The notes under the pieces: model-generated
Database searches by the model: none
Told to the model about the DNA's origin: nothing
What the model saw: the letters and a program-made list of their open reading frames with translations, nothing else
Made by a program: the position numbers and the translations under genes
In this document: positions 1 to 9,682 of the stretch, one piece after another
Position numbering within the stretch: the first letter of the stretch is position 1
Layout of the letters: every line of letters starts with the position of its first letter
Assembly (NCBI GenBank): GCA_016186955.1
Contig: JACPKP010000003.1
Span: 258,290 to 322,289 of the forward strand
Length of the DNA stretch: 64,000 nt
From: Candidatus Daviesbacteria bacterium
GTDB taxonomy: Bacteria; Patescibacteriota; Microgenomatia; Daviesbacterales; UBA10151
Reading direction: 5' to 3'

Positions 1-71
1 AAGACATTGAAGAAGAAAGTGATGGATTAAGCGCTGAAGCCTTGGATATTTTACACAATCTCGGTATGTAA
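1..71 (+). CDS. 3' end of a CDS truncated by the window edge
   Basis: Open frame ...DIEEESDGLSAEALDILHNLGM ending TAA at 69-71. Confidence 0.5.
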   Translation, partial: DIEEESDGLSAEALDILHNLGM

Positions 72-102
72 CGCGCCTGCCTGAGCGGTTTTTCCTTGGT
101 GG

Positions 103-125
103 CATATGTACATCATGTACATATG
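103..125. repeat. Inverted repeat between convergent genes, possible terminator
   Basis: CATATGTACAT-C-ATGTACATATG; CTTGGTGGC also occurs twice nearby. Confidence 0.5.
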
Positions 126-166
126 GGGAATTCTTGGTGGCCTAAGGGTTGAAATTTGATCAGGTA

Positions 167-622
167 TTAATAATCTTTAGGGTTAGGGGGAGTTTTTCCT
201 CTGATGAATGCGATAGTCTGATCTTTCATAAATTTGCCCATTTGCTTGGCCAAATTCTTCATATATGTATCAGCTTCCAGGCTTAAAACATCTATCTCAA
301 TGATATGCCATGGAGGGTTTAACTCTTTTGATTCAGAGACAATGTATGTCTTAATGCCTTCTTCCGCAGGAGTTATTCTGCACTCATAAACCCCCGAAGC
401 CTTTCTTTTAAGAAAATAAAGAAGCCTTTTTTCTTCTTGGTCTCTTTCATCAAAAGCCAAAGCCACTGGTTGTTCAGGAAAAACAGGTAACAGGTTTCGT
501 CTGTCATTCTCATCCCATTTAAAAAACCTGGCTGATAAAGTAAAGCTTTTTCCCAGGATGACAACTTCCGGTTTTGCTTCAGTTTTTATTACTCTTTGGA
601 TAAACTTCGGACTTTCTGTCAT
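167..622 (-). CDS. Hypothetical protein
   Basis: ORF 167..694; likely start MTESPKF at 622; no recognised motif. Confidence 0.6.
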   Translation of the reverse strand: MTESPKFIQRVIKTEAKPEVVILGKSFTLSARFFKWDENDRRNLLPVFPEQPVALAFDERDQEEKRLLYFLKRKASGVYECRITPAEEGIKTYIVSESKELNPPWHIIEIDVLSLEADTYMKNLAKQMGKFMKDQTIAFIRGKTPPNPKDY

Positions 623-787
623 AAGCAGAAATATTATAACATGGATGTCAAATTCCGGAAGTGAAATAGTTCCACCCTTAACCAAACTATACACGGCCGT
701 AGTACTTTTGGCAAAAATAAAACTCCGTAGCTTTTCGCATATTGGTTTGGAGCAATTTTAAGCCTGATTTGGTATACTTATCAGGTT

Positions 788-2113
788 ATGCCATCAAAAA
801 TTTTTGATTTAATTGAGGCTGAAAAGCAGAGGCAGAAAAACGGGTTGGAGATGATCCCGTCTGAAAACTATGTCTCGGAAGATGTTTTAAAAGCCCTCGG
901 GTCTATTTTAACCGACAAATATTCTGAAGGCTATCCCGGCAGACGCTACTATGCGGGTAACAGATTGATTGATGAGATAGAGATAGAAGCCCAGAAATTG
1001 GCCAATAAAATTTTCGGGACAATTTATGCCAATGTTCAGCCTTATTCAGGTTCCCCGGCAAATTTTGCAGTTGACTTAGCACTGGCAGGGCCGGGCGGTA
1101 CTGTTTTGGGTTTAGACCTGCCTTCCGGCGGGCATCTGACCCATGGAACTAAGGTCAGCTTTTCCGGGGTATTTTTTAATGCGGTAAACTATCATGTTGA
1201 TAAAGATGGGCGGGTTGATTTTACAGAAGCTGAAAAACTGGCCCAGGAACATAAACCAAAGCTGATTTGGGTTGGAGGGACGGCATATGTCTACCGATAT
1301 GAATTTAAAAAGTTTGCAAAAATTGCACAAAGTTGTGGCGCATTTTTAGCAGCAGACATCTCCCATGTTGCGGGACTTATAGCAGGAGGATCCCATCCTT
1401 CCCCTACGCCATATGTTGATGTGATCACCACCACCACCCACAAAACCCTGCGGGGCCCCAGAGGTGCGGTGATTCTTATTACACCAAAAGGATTCAAAAA
1501 AGACTCGGAGATAACAAAAAGGATCGACCAGGCAGTTTTTCCCGGGCTTCAGGGAGGGCCACATAACCATCAGACAGCTGCGATTGCAGTAGCGTTCCAG
1601 GAGGTTTTAAAGCCGTCTTTTAAAAAATATGCCTCACAGGTTGTAAAAAATTCCAAAATATTAGCACAGGAGTTGATGGCAGGAGACATAAAATTGGTTG
1701 GTAATGGTACAGAGAACCATCTGATGCTAATAGACCTGACCAGCTTAGGGTACGGGTTGGGATATCAGGCGCAAGTTGCCCTGGAAACAGCAGGAATAAC
1801 AGTCAATAAGCAAAGCTTGCCTTTTTCTGACGAAAAAGGTAAAAATACCTCCCCCTTTTACCCTTCAGGGATTCGTTTGGGCACCCCTGCTTTGACATCA
1901 AGAGGTATGAAAGAAAAGGAAATGATAAAAATTGCCGGGTGGATAAAACAGGCGCTGGGAGAGGTCAAAGGACATGATTTGCCAAAGGAAAAAACAAGCC
2001 GGGCGGAATTCATACAAAGTTATAAAAGGGAAGCTTTAAAAAACAAGAATCTGTTAAGGATTAAAAAAGAGGTGGAGGAATTTGCAAAAAAATTCCCGGC
2101 GCCGGGGTTTTAG
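788..2113 (+). CDS. glyA: Serine hydroxymethyltransferase
   Basis: PSENY, KYSEGYPGRRYY, GGHLTHG, PLP-lysine motif TTTHKTLRGPRG, GIRLGTP. Confidence 0.98.
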   Translation: MPSKIFDLIEAEKQRQKNGLEMIPSENYVSEDVLKALGSILTDKYSEGYPGRRYYAGNRLIDEIEIEAQKLANKIFGTIYANVQPYSGSPANFAVDLALAGPGGTVLGLDLPSGGHLTHGTKVSFSGVFFNAVNYHVDKDGRVDFTEAEKLAQEHKPKLIWVGGTAYVYRYEFKKFAKIAQSCGAFLAADISHVAGLIAGGSHPSPTPYVDVITTTTHKTLRGPRGAVILITPKGFKKDSEITKRIDQAVFPGLQGGPHNHQTAAIAVAFQEVLKPSFKKYASQVVKNSKILAQELMAGDIKLVGNGTENHLMLIDLTSLGYGLGYQAQVALETAGITVNKQSLPFSDEKGKNTSPFYPSGIRLGTPALTSRGMKEKEMIKIAGWIKQALGEVKGHDLPKEKTSRAEFIQSYKREALKNKNLLRIKKEVEEFAKKFPAPGF

Positions 2114-2114
2114 A

Positions 2115-2188
2115 TTGTCATTGCGAGGAGCGTAGCGACGTGGCAATCTCTTGTAAATAAGATCGCCACGCTCCGCTCGCGATGACAA
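2115..2188. repeat. REP-like imperfect palindrome (GTCATTGCGAG...CTCGCGATGAC type)
   Basis: TTGTCATTGCGAGGAGCGTAGCGACGTGGCAATCT pairs with AGATCGCCACGCTCCGCTCGCGATGACAA. Confidence 0.85.
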
Positions 2189-2199
2189 AGGAAGTAGAT

Positions 2200-3033
2200 A
2201 TGGATGAGCAAAGCTCTTCTTTGAATAAAATCATTGACGGAAAAACATTGGCGCTAGAACATGAGGAAAAGTTAAGGCAAACCCTGGCCCAATTTAAAAA
2301 CGGGCGCCTGCCAAAACTGGTCAGTTTTGTAAACAAAAACGATGAACCTTCCGTAAAATATACAAACATGAAATCAAAAAAAGCAGAGGCACTCGGGATC
2401 CAATTTATCACCAGGAAAATTTCCCCCGGGACAAAATACTCATTGATCACCAGGGAGATTAAAAAATATAATGTTGACCCTTCAATAGACGGGATAATGG
2501 TGCAGCTGCCTATCCCTGAGAGTGTTTTAGATGGGAAATTACCCAAGGAGTTGTTGGATAAAATTTTACCAGAGAAGGACGTGGATGGTTTAACTGAGAG
2601 ATCTCAATATCTGCCTGCCACAGTCAAAGGGGTGATGACAATTTTAGAATCCGAGGGGGTTTTGGGGAAGGGTAAAGTGATCAGAGTGTTGGGAGGGGTG
2701 CATGGGATGGTGGGTTCAAGTTTGGTAAAAGCGCTTCATGGAATGCATGAGAAAGTGATAGGGGTGTCCAAATCTGATCCGGCAATAAAGACTTTAGCCA
2801 GGTGGGCGGATATTTTAATCAGTGCGGTGGGACAGCCTAATCTTGTAACTGAAGATATGGTCAAACCCGGGGCGGTGGTGGTGGATGTCGGCAAAGATGT
2901 TGATACTGAAAATGTAATGAAAAAAGTTTCCAGGATTACCCCCAAGATTGGTGGTGTCGGCCCCATGACAGTTATCTCTTTGATGGAAAATGTGACTGAG
3001 GCATTTTGCCGAAGTCATCCTGAGCGATCCTGA
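2200..3033 (+). CDS. folD: Methylenetetrahydrofolate dehydrogenase/cyclohydrolase
   Basis: IIDGK, GIMVQLP, EKDVDG, ADILISAVG, ITPKIGGVGPMTV; follows glyA. The ATG at 2182 lies inside the REP, so 2200 is preferred. Confidence 0.93.
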   Translation: MDEQSSSLNKIIDGKTLALEHEEKLRQTLAQFKNGRLPKLVSFVNKNDEPSVKYTNMKSKKAEALGIQFITRKISPGTKYSLITREIKKYNVDPSIDGIMVQLPIPESVLDGKLPKELLDKILPEKDVDGLTERSQYLPATVKGVMTILESEGVLGKGKVIRVLGGVHGMVGSSLVKALHGMHEKVIGVSKSDPAIKTLARWADILISAVGQPNLVTEDMVKPGAVVVDVGKDVDTENVMKKVSRITPKIGGVGPMTVISLMENVTEAFCRSHPERS

Positions 3034-3061
3034 GCTTGCCGAAGGAGAGTCGAAGGATCTG
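3014..3061. repeat. Nested REP-like element overlapping the folD stop
   Basis: GTCATCCTGAGC-GATCCTGAGCTTGCCGAAGGAGA-GTCGAAGGATCT. Confidence 0.7.
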
Positions 3062-3127
3062 ATAAATTTTCCTAGCTCGTGATTTCGCGAACCGTTTTCT
3101 AGAAATTAATTAGTATTTACCAGTAAA

Positions 3128-3196
3128 CTGTCATCCTGAGCGTAGCGAAGGATATAATTAAATTATATTCTTCGGCTTTCAGCCTCAGAATGACAG
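3128..3196. repeat. REP-like palindrome (GTCATCCTGAG...CTCAGAATGAC type)
   Basis: CTGTCATCCTGAGCGTAGCGAAGGATATAAT pairs with ATTATATTCTTCGGCTTTCAGCCTCAGAATGACAG. Confidence 0.85.
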
Positions 3197-3284
3197 GTCC
3201 GCTGGGAAACACTGAATAGTTACGTTTTCTATGCTCGCAATAATTTATGGAACATGTTAAAATAAATGCTAGAAATTTTAGGAG

Positions 3285-3509
3285 GTGAAAATTATGATAG
3301 AAAAAGAAAAAAGGAATGAACAGGAGAGAGAGTTTTTTAAAGCGCTTGCACAAATTAAATCATTAGCTGAGTTGAGAGCGCTGATTGGTGAATTTACTCC
3401 AGAAGAGAAGGCATTAATTGATAGTTTGGATCTGGATACCCCACTAACAGAGGAAGAATTAGAGTTTGCTCATGCTTTTAGAGAAAGAATGATGCAAGAA
3501 TTTAATTGA
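3285..3509 (+). CDS. Small acidic hypothetical protein
   Basis: 74-aa ORF; AGGAGG lies upstream of the ATG at 3294. Confidence 0.6.
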   Translation: MKIMIEKEKRNEQEREFFKALAQIKSLAELRALIGEFTPEEKALIDSLDLDTPLTEEELEFAHAFRERMMQEFN

Positions 3510-3548
3510 GAATCTGCAAATCAAGCAAAAATGATATAATCACACCAT

Positions 3549-3827
3549 ATGGGTTTAATGGATAATATAAAACAGCTTGGGGATTTAAAGAAAATGCGCG
3601 ACCAGGCGATGGAGGTGCAAAAAAAACTCGCCGGGATAAAAATCACTGTGGAGCACAAAGGTGTAACTGTGGTGATGACAGCTGACCAAAAACTTATATC
3701 CATCTCCGGCGAGCAGGATTTTGAAAAAATTACGGAGGCTGTCAATGAAGCATTGAAACAATCCCAAAAAGTAGCCGCTGAGGAGATGAAAGGTTTAATG
3801 GGCGGGATGGGACTTCCCGGAATGTAG
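3549..3827 (+). CDS. ybaB: YbaB/EbfC family nucleoid-associated protein
   Basis: 92 aa with helix-beta-helix pattern and GGMGLPGM tail; directly upstream of recR. Confidence 0.88.
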   Translation: MGLMDNIKQLGDLKKMRDQAMEVQKKLAGIKITVEHKGVTVVMTADQKLISISGEQDFEKITEAVNEALKQSQKVAAEEMKGLMGGMGLPGM

Positions 3828-3831
3828 TTAA

Positions 3832-4428
3832 ATGGCTACAATTCCCAAAGTGGTGCGCGATCTAATAGAAGCTTTTGAGCGGCTGCCGGGTATCGGGCCT
3901 AAAACTGCCCAGCGCCTGACGTACTATCTGCTGCATGCCCCAAAAGAGGAAGCAAAAGCTTTGGCAGAGTCAGCGCTGGCTCTGAAAGAAAAGACCGTTA
4001 TCTGTTCGGTATGTTTTAATATTTCAGAAGCTGACCCTTGTGAAATAGACCAAGACAGCGCCCGTGAGAAATCAATTATCGCTGTTGTGGAGGATCCCCT
4101 GGATGTTTTGGCGCTGGAGCGGGCCAATTTTCAAGGACTTTATCATGTTTTGCATGGGAGCATCTCTCCCATGGATAACATCGGCCCTGATGAGCTGCAT
4201 ATCCGCGAGCTTTTGCCCCGTTTAAAAGACGGGATAGTCAAAGAGATAATTTTAGCAACCAACCCGACAATGGAAGGGGAAGCAACTGCTATGTATATTG
4301 ACAGGTTGATCGGGCCGCTGGGTGTAAAAGTGACCAGGATTGCCAGGGGGCTGCCTGTAGGCGGGGATTTAGAATATGCTGATGAGACAACCTTAACTAG
4401 GGCTTTAGAAGGGAGAAAAGAATATTGA
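3832..4428 (+). CDS. recR: Recombination mediator RecR
   Basis: HhH motif LPGIGPKTAQR, Cys finger, YHVLHG, Toprim ATNPTMEGEATA, GGDLEYAD. Confidence 0.98.
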   Translation: MATIPKVVRDLIEAFERLPGIGPKTAQRLTYYLLHAPKEEAKALAESALALKEKTVICSVCFNISEADPCEIDQDSAREKSIIAVVEDPLDVLALERANFQGLYHVLHGSISPMDNIGPDELHIRELLPRLKDGIVKEIILATNPTMEGEATAMYIDRLIGPLGVKVTRIARGLPVGGDLEYADETTLTRALEGRKEY

Positions 4429-4436
4429 TCATTTTG

Positions 4437-4475
4437 ACTACGTCGCTAGACAACCTTCTCTTTGGGTGGGTGGGG
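4437..4475. repeat. Short junction element related to the 8.8-10.1 kb repeats
   Basis: ACTACGT...ACCTTCTCTTTGGGTGGGTGGG; the 14-mer ACCTTCTCTTTGGG also ends both 91-bp repeats. Confidence 0.6.
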
Positions 4476-5123
4476 CTAGTTAAAATCCTCAGGATTAATT
4501 TCCCAGGGTAGTACAAAACCATCATTTTCTTTTGCCAACTCGTAAAGCTTTACATGATCTTCTAAACTTTTTGCCTGGAAGTAAATTTTCCCGTCACCTG
4601 TAAATCTATCCACCTTTAATTCTAATCCTCTCCAGGTACAGTTTAAGCCATACCCCAAAGGATGCCCCGCAGTATTTTGGTTTCTTTTCTCCAACTCTTG
4701 CTTTGCCCTTTCCGTAATGTCGCTTAGTATAACTATTTGGGGGTTTGTCTGATTGGGATAAAATTTTTGCAATAATCCTCTTGAAAATGCTTCATATATC
4801 GGCGAAAATATGCCTGCAACAAAACTATCACTTCCTGCAATCATACTCCAGTCTCTCCCGCAGGCTTCTTTAGCAGCGGCAGCTGAATAAAGGATTTTCC
4901 AGTATAACCTGTGATCATCCCTGCCCTGATCCCAAACAGGCCTGCCCTTACTCTTTCTTGCAGCTATCACTGCCGGATCAGTTGGCGCTATGTGATTAAG
5001 GATTCCATCATTCCAGAGAATTTCAATAAAATCTTCCCTGGTTTGTTCATCTAAGATGAAAAAAATGTCCAAGGATTCCTGCAAAGAATCTTGCCAGGTA
5101 TATTTAGTCCGTTCGTTAAACAT
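4476..5123 (-). CDS. Hypothetical protein
   Basis: Long ORF, probable start MFNERTK; no recognised motif. Confidence 0.65.
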   Translation of the reverse strand: MFNERTKYTWQDSLQESLDIFFILDEQTREDFIEILWNDGILNHIAPTDPAVIAARKSKGRPVWDQGRDDHRLYWKILYSAAAAKEACGRDWSMIAGSDSFVAGIFSPIYEAFSRGLLQKFYPNQTNPQIVILSDITERAKQELEKRNQNTAGHPLGYGLNCTWRGLELKVDRFTGDGKIYFQAKSLEDHVKLYELAKENDGFVLPWEINPEDFN

Positions 5124-5173
5124 GGGAAAAATTATATCAAATTTTTGCACCAAAGTCAACCTATAGTGCGCTG

Positions 5174-6388
5174 TTATGATCTTTTTAGAGGGAGTGCAAT
5201 TGTAAAAGTTGTGCCTTTGCCCAAGGCGCTTGAGACTTTAATTTTACCCCCATGCACTTTTATAATTTGAGAGGTGATAAAAAGCCCTATGCCCAGGCCC
5301 TTTTTATATTCACCTGAACCAGATGCGCGTTTGAACAGATCAAAGATTACTTTTTGGTCTTCGGGGGAAATTCCCATACCCCCGTCACTAATTATAAATT
5401 TTGCCCAAGACCGGTCCTGGGTAATTTTGATATTAACCGGTTTTCCCGCACCATACTTTATTGCATTAGAAAAAAGGTTAGTGATTGCCTGTTCGATTTT
5501 GACCCTGTCCCACTTTCCTTTAACAGCATCTTGGCCATGAACTGTTACTTTATACTTTTTCTGCTTTAACATTTCAGAAAAACTCTGTTTTACCTGTTTT
5601 GTTATTTTAACCAGGTCAGTATCTGTAAGATTTAAATTCATTCTACCGGTTGTGATCAAAGAGACATCAAGCAGCTCACTGATCATTGAATTGATCCATT
5701 TTATCTGCTGCTGGGAATTCTCTAAGACTGCTGTTAATTGCTGGATTGAAAAATCTGCCATTGAGACGTTTCTGATGCTATTTAACATATCAGAAAGCTT
5801 TAAAAGCATTACTGTAAGAGGTGTTTTTAGTTCATGGGAGATTATGGAGAGGAATTCATCCCTGGCTTTAATTTTCCAAAGCGCAGCTTTGTGTTCATCT
5901 GACAACTTTGTAAATGCTATTGCATAAGATCTTTCCCGCTCTTTTAACCGCCTTACCTCATCACTTTTTTTGGCTAATTGAATTAAGTAAGAAATTACAA
6001 CTGATACAGATATAAAAAAAATAAGTTGAATAAGGAGTATTAAATACCCGTTGGGATTACTGAGTAGAAAGTATAGCTCCAGTGAAATAATCCCGGAGAC
6101 AAGTAGCGCCATTTTAAAGTTGGACAAAAAGGCGCTGAGGGCTGCAATGAGTAAAGAAAAAAGAAGGATAGGTGTTTTATCAGGGTAGTTTTTAAATGAA
6201 GAAATTAAAATATATATTAAAGAAGCTGAAAGTATATTGAAGCCAGTTATGAGGGCAAACCAAGAAAATTTTTGCGGAGTTATATTTTTAATACCAATCT
6301 TAGCCAGCCATTTATATGGAATGTGTTTTTTTGAATGGTTATATAAACTGATATATAGTTTGTTTTCAAAAAAACGGCTGTTTTCCAT
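5174..6388 (-). CDS. Membrane sensor histidine kinase (HisKA + HATPase)
   Basis: N-terminal TM helices, H-box SHELKTPL, N-box NLFSNAIKY, G-boxes DGGMGI and GLGIGL. Confidence 0.95.
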   Translation of the reverse strand: MENSRFFENKLYISLYNHSKKHIPYKWLAKIGIKNITPQKFSWFALITGFNILSASLIYILISSFKNYPDKTPILLFSLLIAALSAFLSNFKMALLVSGIISLELYFLLSNPNGYLILLIQLIFFISVSVVISYLIQLAKKSDEVRRLKERERSYAIAFTKLSDEHKAALWKIKARDEFLSIISHELKTPLTVMLLKLSDMLNSIRNVSMADFSIQQLTAVLENSQQQIKWINSMISELLDVSLITTGRMNLNLTDTDLVKITKQVKQSFSEMLKQKKYKVTVHGQDAVKGKWDRVKIEQAITNLFSNAIKYGAGKPVNIKITQDRSWAKFIISDGGMGISPEDQKVIFDLFKRASGSGEYKKGLGIGLFITSQIIKVHGGKIKVSSALGKGTTFTIALPLKRS

Positions 6389-6479
6389 TGTAATTACAAA
6401 CTATGAAAAATATAACAGATCCTGCTTCAAAAATCCAAAAGCGCCTGTCTCTTTACACAAAAATGGTATAATTTAAAGA

Positions 6480-7403
6480 TTGCAAAAAACTATCCTTGTC
6501 GTTGAAGATGACGACGAGCTGAGAAATTATTTAAAAAAAATTCTGGCTACGCATCACTATAAGGTAGCAGAGGCGGCTGATGGGGCAGCAGCGCTTGAGG
6601 CTGTTGAAAAATTTTCCCCTGATTTAGTGCTGCTTGATTTTGGACTCCCAAAAGTTCCGGGGGAAACTGTTTGTGTAAGGATTAAACAAGACCATCCCGA
6701 GATTATTGTCATTGCGCTAACTGAGAAAAAGCAAAGTAAAGATGTAGTCCACGGGTTGCAAATTGGGGTGGATGATTATATAAGCAAGCCTTTTGTGCCG
6801 GAGGAGTTAATAGCCAGAATTGATACCAGATTTAAAACAGTTCCAAATGGGAATATGGTATCCGAAGAAGAATCAAATACAAAGCAAGGGGAGGAAGCCG
6901 TCAGCAAAGGCAAGATAACTTTTAGGGAGAGCCTGGCCTTAATTGTTATAAGGATTATTTTAACTGAAGCTATTTTTGGATTTTCACTGTTTCTTTTGAG
7001 TATGCTAGATTCCCTTGCAAGCTCTTACGTAAACTTTAACCTTTTTGGTTTGTATGCCCTATTTTTTATAGCAGGATTTTTGGTTAATTTAGTAGTCATA
7101 TGGTATATTGCTTTAAAATGGACTTCAGAATATACAGAAGTATCCAGGGATGGGGTTATCAGGTATAGCGGGATTTTACATAAAAAAGAACAAAAGTTTG
7201 CCTGTAACTTTGTGGAGGCTGTAACTATTGAACAATCATTTTTAGGCCAAATTTTCAACTATGGCACAATTGAACTATATGACCCAGCTTTAAAAGAGCG
7301 CGTATATTTAATAAACATCTCAAGTCCTAAGGTATATAGTAAAAGGATAGAAAAAATTGTAGAAAAACCTGATACCCAACCCATGCCATTTGTCGCTCCG
7401 TAA
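6480..7403 (+). CDS. Response-regulator receiver fused to two TM helices and a bacterial PH-like domain
   Basis: VVEDDD...LLDFGLP...KPF receiver, hydrophobic segments, then GILHKKEQ...VTIEQSFLGQIFNYGTI typical of bPH_2 domains. Confidence 0.85.
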   Translation: MQKTILVVEDDDELRNYLKKILATHHYKVAEAADGAAALEAVEKFSPDLVLLDFGLPKVPGETVCVRIKQDHPEIIVIALTEKKQSKDVVHGLQIGVDDYISKPFVPEELIARIDTRFKTVPNGNMVSEEESNTKQGEEAVSKGKITFRESLALIVIRIILTEAIFGFSLFLLSMLDSLASSYVNFNLFGLYALFFIAGFLVNLVVIWYIALKWTSEYTEVSRDGVIRYSGILHKKEQKFACNFVEAVTIEQSFLGQIFNYGTIELYDPALKERVYLINISSPKVYSKRIEKIVEKPDTQPMPFVAP

Positions 7404-7405
7404 TA

Positions 7406-8350
7406 CTAAAAATTTTGGAGAACTTGGATTAAATGCTGCAAGCTTTCCCAATTGTGTACTGATACTTGCAAGATTTGTTTTTTTGTCCTGCTCAAAGCTT
7501 GAATTTTAATATCCAAATCAGTTTTTTCTACGAGGTCGGATTTGGTGAGAAGAATGATTTCTTGTTTCCCTAAAAGCTTAGGATTAAATTTTTCAAGCTC
7601 ATGGTGGATGATTTTATAATCATTTAAAGGATTGGGGGATTGGGAGGAGATACAATGGATTAGAAGATTTACTTTCTCAATATGACCCAAAAATTTATGT
7701 CCCAACCCTTTACCTGTCCAAGCACCCTCAATTAAGCCTGGTATATCTGCCAGAATTTTACCCTCTAATACTCCTAAGTTAGGTTCCAGGGTTGTGAAAG
7801 GGTAGTCTCCTACCCGGGCCTGCGCTTTGGTAAGCTCGTTTAATAGGGAACTTTTGCCAGCATTAGGCAGGCCAATTAAACCAATATCAGCAATTAATTT
7901 AAGTTTTAGTTTTAGCTTTTTGACCTGACTTTTCAACCCGGGCTGAGCATATTTTGGAGTGGTATTTGAAGAAGATTTAAAAAAATGGTTTCCTCTCCCG
8001 CCCAAACCCCCTTTTGCCAGCAACACCCTTTGGTTTAAATGATTTATTTCAACCGTTGTACCTTCCTGATCTGTTAGAAGTGTTCCTATAGGGACTTCCA
8101 AGCTTAAGTCTTTTCCATTGCCGCCTGATTTTCTATTACTTCCTCCGGGTTGGCCATTTTGTGCTTGCCAGATATTTTTTGTTGAGAATTTGCTTAAGGC
8201 ATAAAGGTCAGAAGTTGAATTCACATAAACATCCCCACCTTTGCCCCCATCTCCTCCATCCGGGCCGGCTCCTGATTTAGGATAAAAAGACACACGTCCC
8301 GGACCGCCATTTCCTCCTAAAACAGTAATTTCTACCTCATCAATCAACAT
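7406..8350 (-). CDS. obgE: GTPase Obg/CgtA
   Basis: Gly-rich Obg fold GPDGGDGGKGG, G1 GLPNAGKSS, YPFTTLEPNLG, DIPG, TKSD. Confidence 0.97.
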   Translation of the reverse strand: MLIDEVEITVLGGNGGPGRVSFYPKSGAGPDGGDGGKGGDVYVNSTSDLYALSKFSTKNIWQAQNGQPGGSNRKSGGNGKDLSLEVPIGTLLTDQEGTTVEINHLNQRVLLAKGGLGGRGNHFFKSSSNTTPKYAQPGLKSQVKKLKLKLKLIADIGLIGLPNAGKSSLLNELTKAQARVGDYPFTTLEPNLGVLEGKILADIPGLIEGAWTGKGLGHKFLGHIEKVNLLIHCISSQSPNPLNDYKIIHHELEKFNPKLLGKQEIILLTKSDLVEKTDLDIKIQALSRTKKQILQVSVHNWESLQHLIQVLQNF

Positions 8351-8453
8351 AAAGGTATGGTAACACATGCCCTTGTTGTGCTACACTTAGCAAATCAACA
8401 AACCATTTTATGTCAGCGGGTTTCTTTATAACCTAAAACTACAAAAGATTCTT

Positions 8454-8846
8454 TTGCTTCAACAAAAAGATGATATAATCTCTGATTGGTCTACCCTAGG
8501 AGGAGAAAGCATAGAAGGTGAAAATGCTCAAGCTGCATTCTTGCGGGTAGTGAAAGAACTTCTTAGCATTGAGCTTAAAATGAAACAGATTTATCCTGTT
8601 TATGACTATTTTCATAACACTCTGGGTAAAATTAATTATGTATTCTACGCTGAAGTTAAAAAATCTTTAGACTTCAATCCTTTAAAAGAGAATATTTCAT
8701 CATCTTGGGTTACTTTTTCAGATACTTTAAAACTTCTATTTTCTGTTCATACCAAACAGGATGTAATAGTGGGAGAAAGGGTTATACACTTAAAAGAGCG
8801 CCAAGATGAAGCCAGCCAACAGCTTGACACCCTCCGGGTGTATTAG
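8454..8846 (+). CDS. Hypothetical protein, NUDIX-like fold; start uncertain
   Basis: Degenerate Nudix box GGESIEGENAQAAFLRVVKEL; frame stays open upstream to 8391 without an ATG; 3' end runs into a repeat. Confidence 0.6.
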   Translation: MLQQKDDIISDWSTLGGESIEGENAQAAFLRVVKELLSIELKMKQIYPVYDYFHNTLGKINYVFYAEVKKSLDFNPLKENISSSWVTFSDTLKLLFSVHTKQDVIVGERVIHLKERQDEASQQLDTLRVY

Positions 8847-8915
8847 CCATGCACTACGAAGAGTGCATGGCCCTGAACCCCTAGTGGTTCATGGGCTTTC
8901 CACCTTCTCTTTGGG
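8825..8915. repeat. 91-bp multi-hairpin direct repeat, copy 1
   Basis: Identical to 9486-9576; stems ACACCC/GGGTGT, GCCATGCACT/AGTGCATGGC, TGAACC/GGTTCA. Confidence 0.95.
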
Positions 8916-8981
8916 TAAATGGGCAGATTACAATCCTGAGCTTGCCGCAGAACTTACTTCTTGTGCAATGGTATTCCACAT

Positions 8982-9421
8982 TTAGTCTTGCCTGTCTTGC
9001 AAGGCCAGGCCTTGTGAACTTTTTAGATCTTCACATATGTCAATTGATAATCTTTTACCTGCCCAGCTCCCAACTCGTCTTATATGAACTATATCTCCAG
9101 GCTTTGGTGTTACTTTTTTTAGATCATCAAACCCTACAAGCTCTACATCCGTTAATGTCACGTTTTCATCTGAATATCGTGTCGGATTTAATGGGTATAT
9201 GGCGCCCAACCCATATGCACTCCATCTCTATCTTTCGGATGATATTCTTCAACTTTTCCAATAATATATATTTCGTGAAATACCATTTCTCTTCCCCAAA
9301 AAGTTTTTATAAGTTCCCCACTCTCATTTGCTTGAACCAACAATTCATTTGCTGTTTTTTGTTTTCTGAGTATCTCCTCTACCACTTCAAGAGGACTTTT
9401 ACCCTGATTCAATTCAGTCAT
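8982..9421 (-). pseudogene. Frameshifted hypothetical gene
   Basis: MTELNQGK... (9421-9188) continues in another frame as ...GAIYPLNPTRY... (9209-8982). Confidence 0.65.
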
Positions 9422-9485
9422 GATATGGTATATTAACAGGAACAAAACAAATTATCAACCCTAATCACTACGTGGGCGACGAGTC

Positions 9486-9576
9486 TGACACCCTCCGGGT
9501 GTATTAGCCATGCACTACGAAGAGTGCATGGCCCTGAACCCCTAGTGGTTCATGGGCTTTCCACCTTCTCTTTGGG
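9486..9576. repeat. 91-bp multi-hairpin direct repeat, copy 2
   Basis: Identical to 8825-8915; preceded by CCCTAATCACTACGTGGGCGA. Confidence 0.95.
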
Positions 9577-9682
9577 GTGGGTTTAAGACCGCCAGACCGC
9601 AAGCTTTGCTGACTTCATACCTAATTACTCAGAAAAATATGCAGGACAATATGCCAGTGCCTAAAAAAACAGATTTGATTAG

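Noticed and set aside
690-787. ZTP, THF or glycine riboswitch upstream of glyA-folD
   Set aside because: The leader is short and AT-rich with a -10 element close to the ATG; no consensus aptamer was recognised.
8891-9436. 181-aa plus-strand ORF
   Set aside because: It starts inside a repeat and is the antisense shadow of the minus-strand pseudogene.
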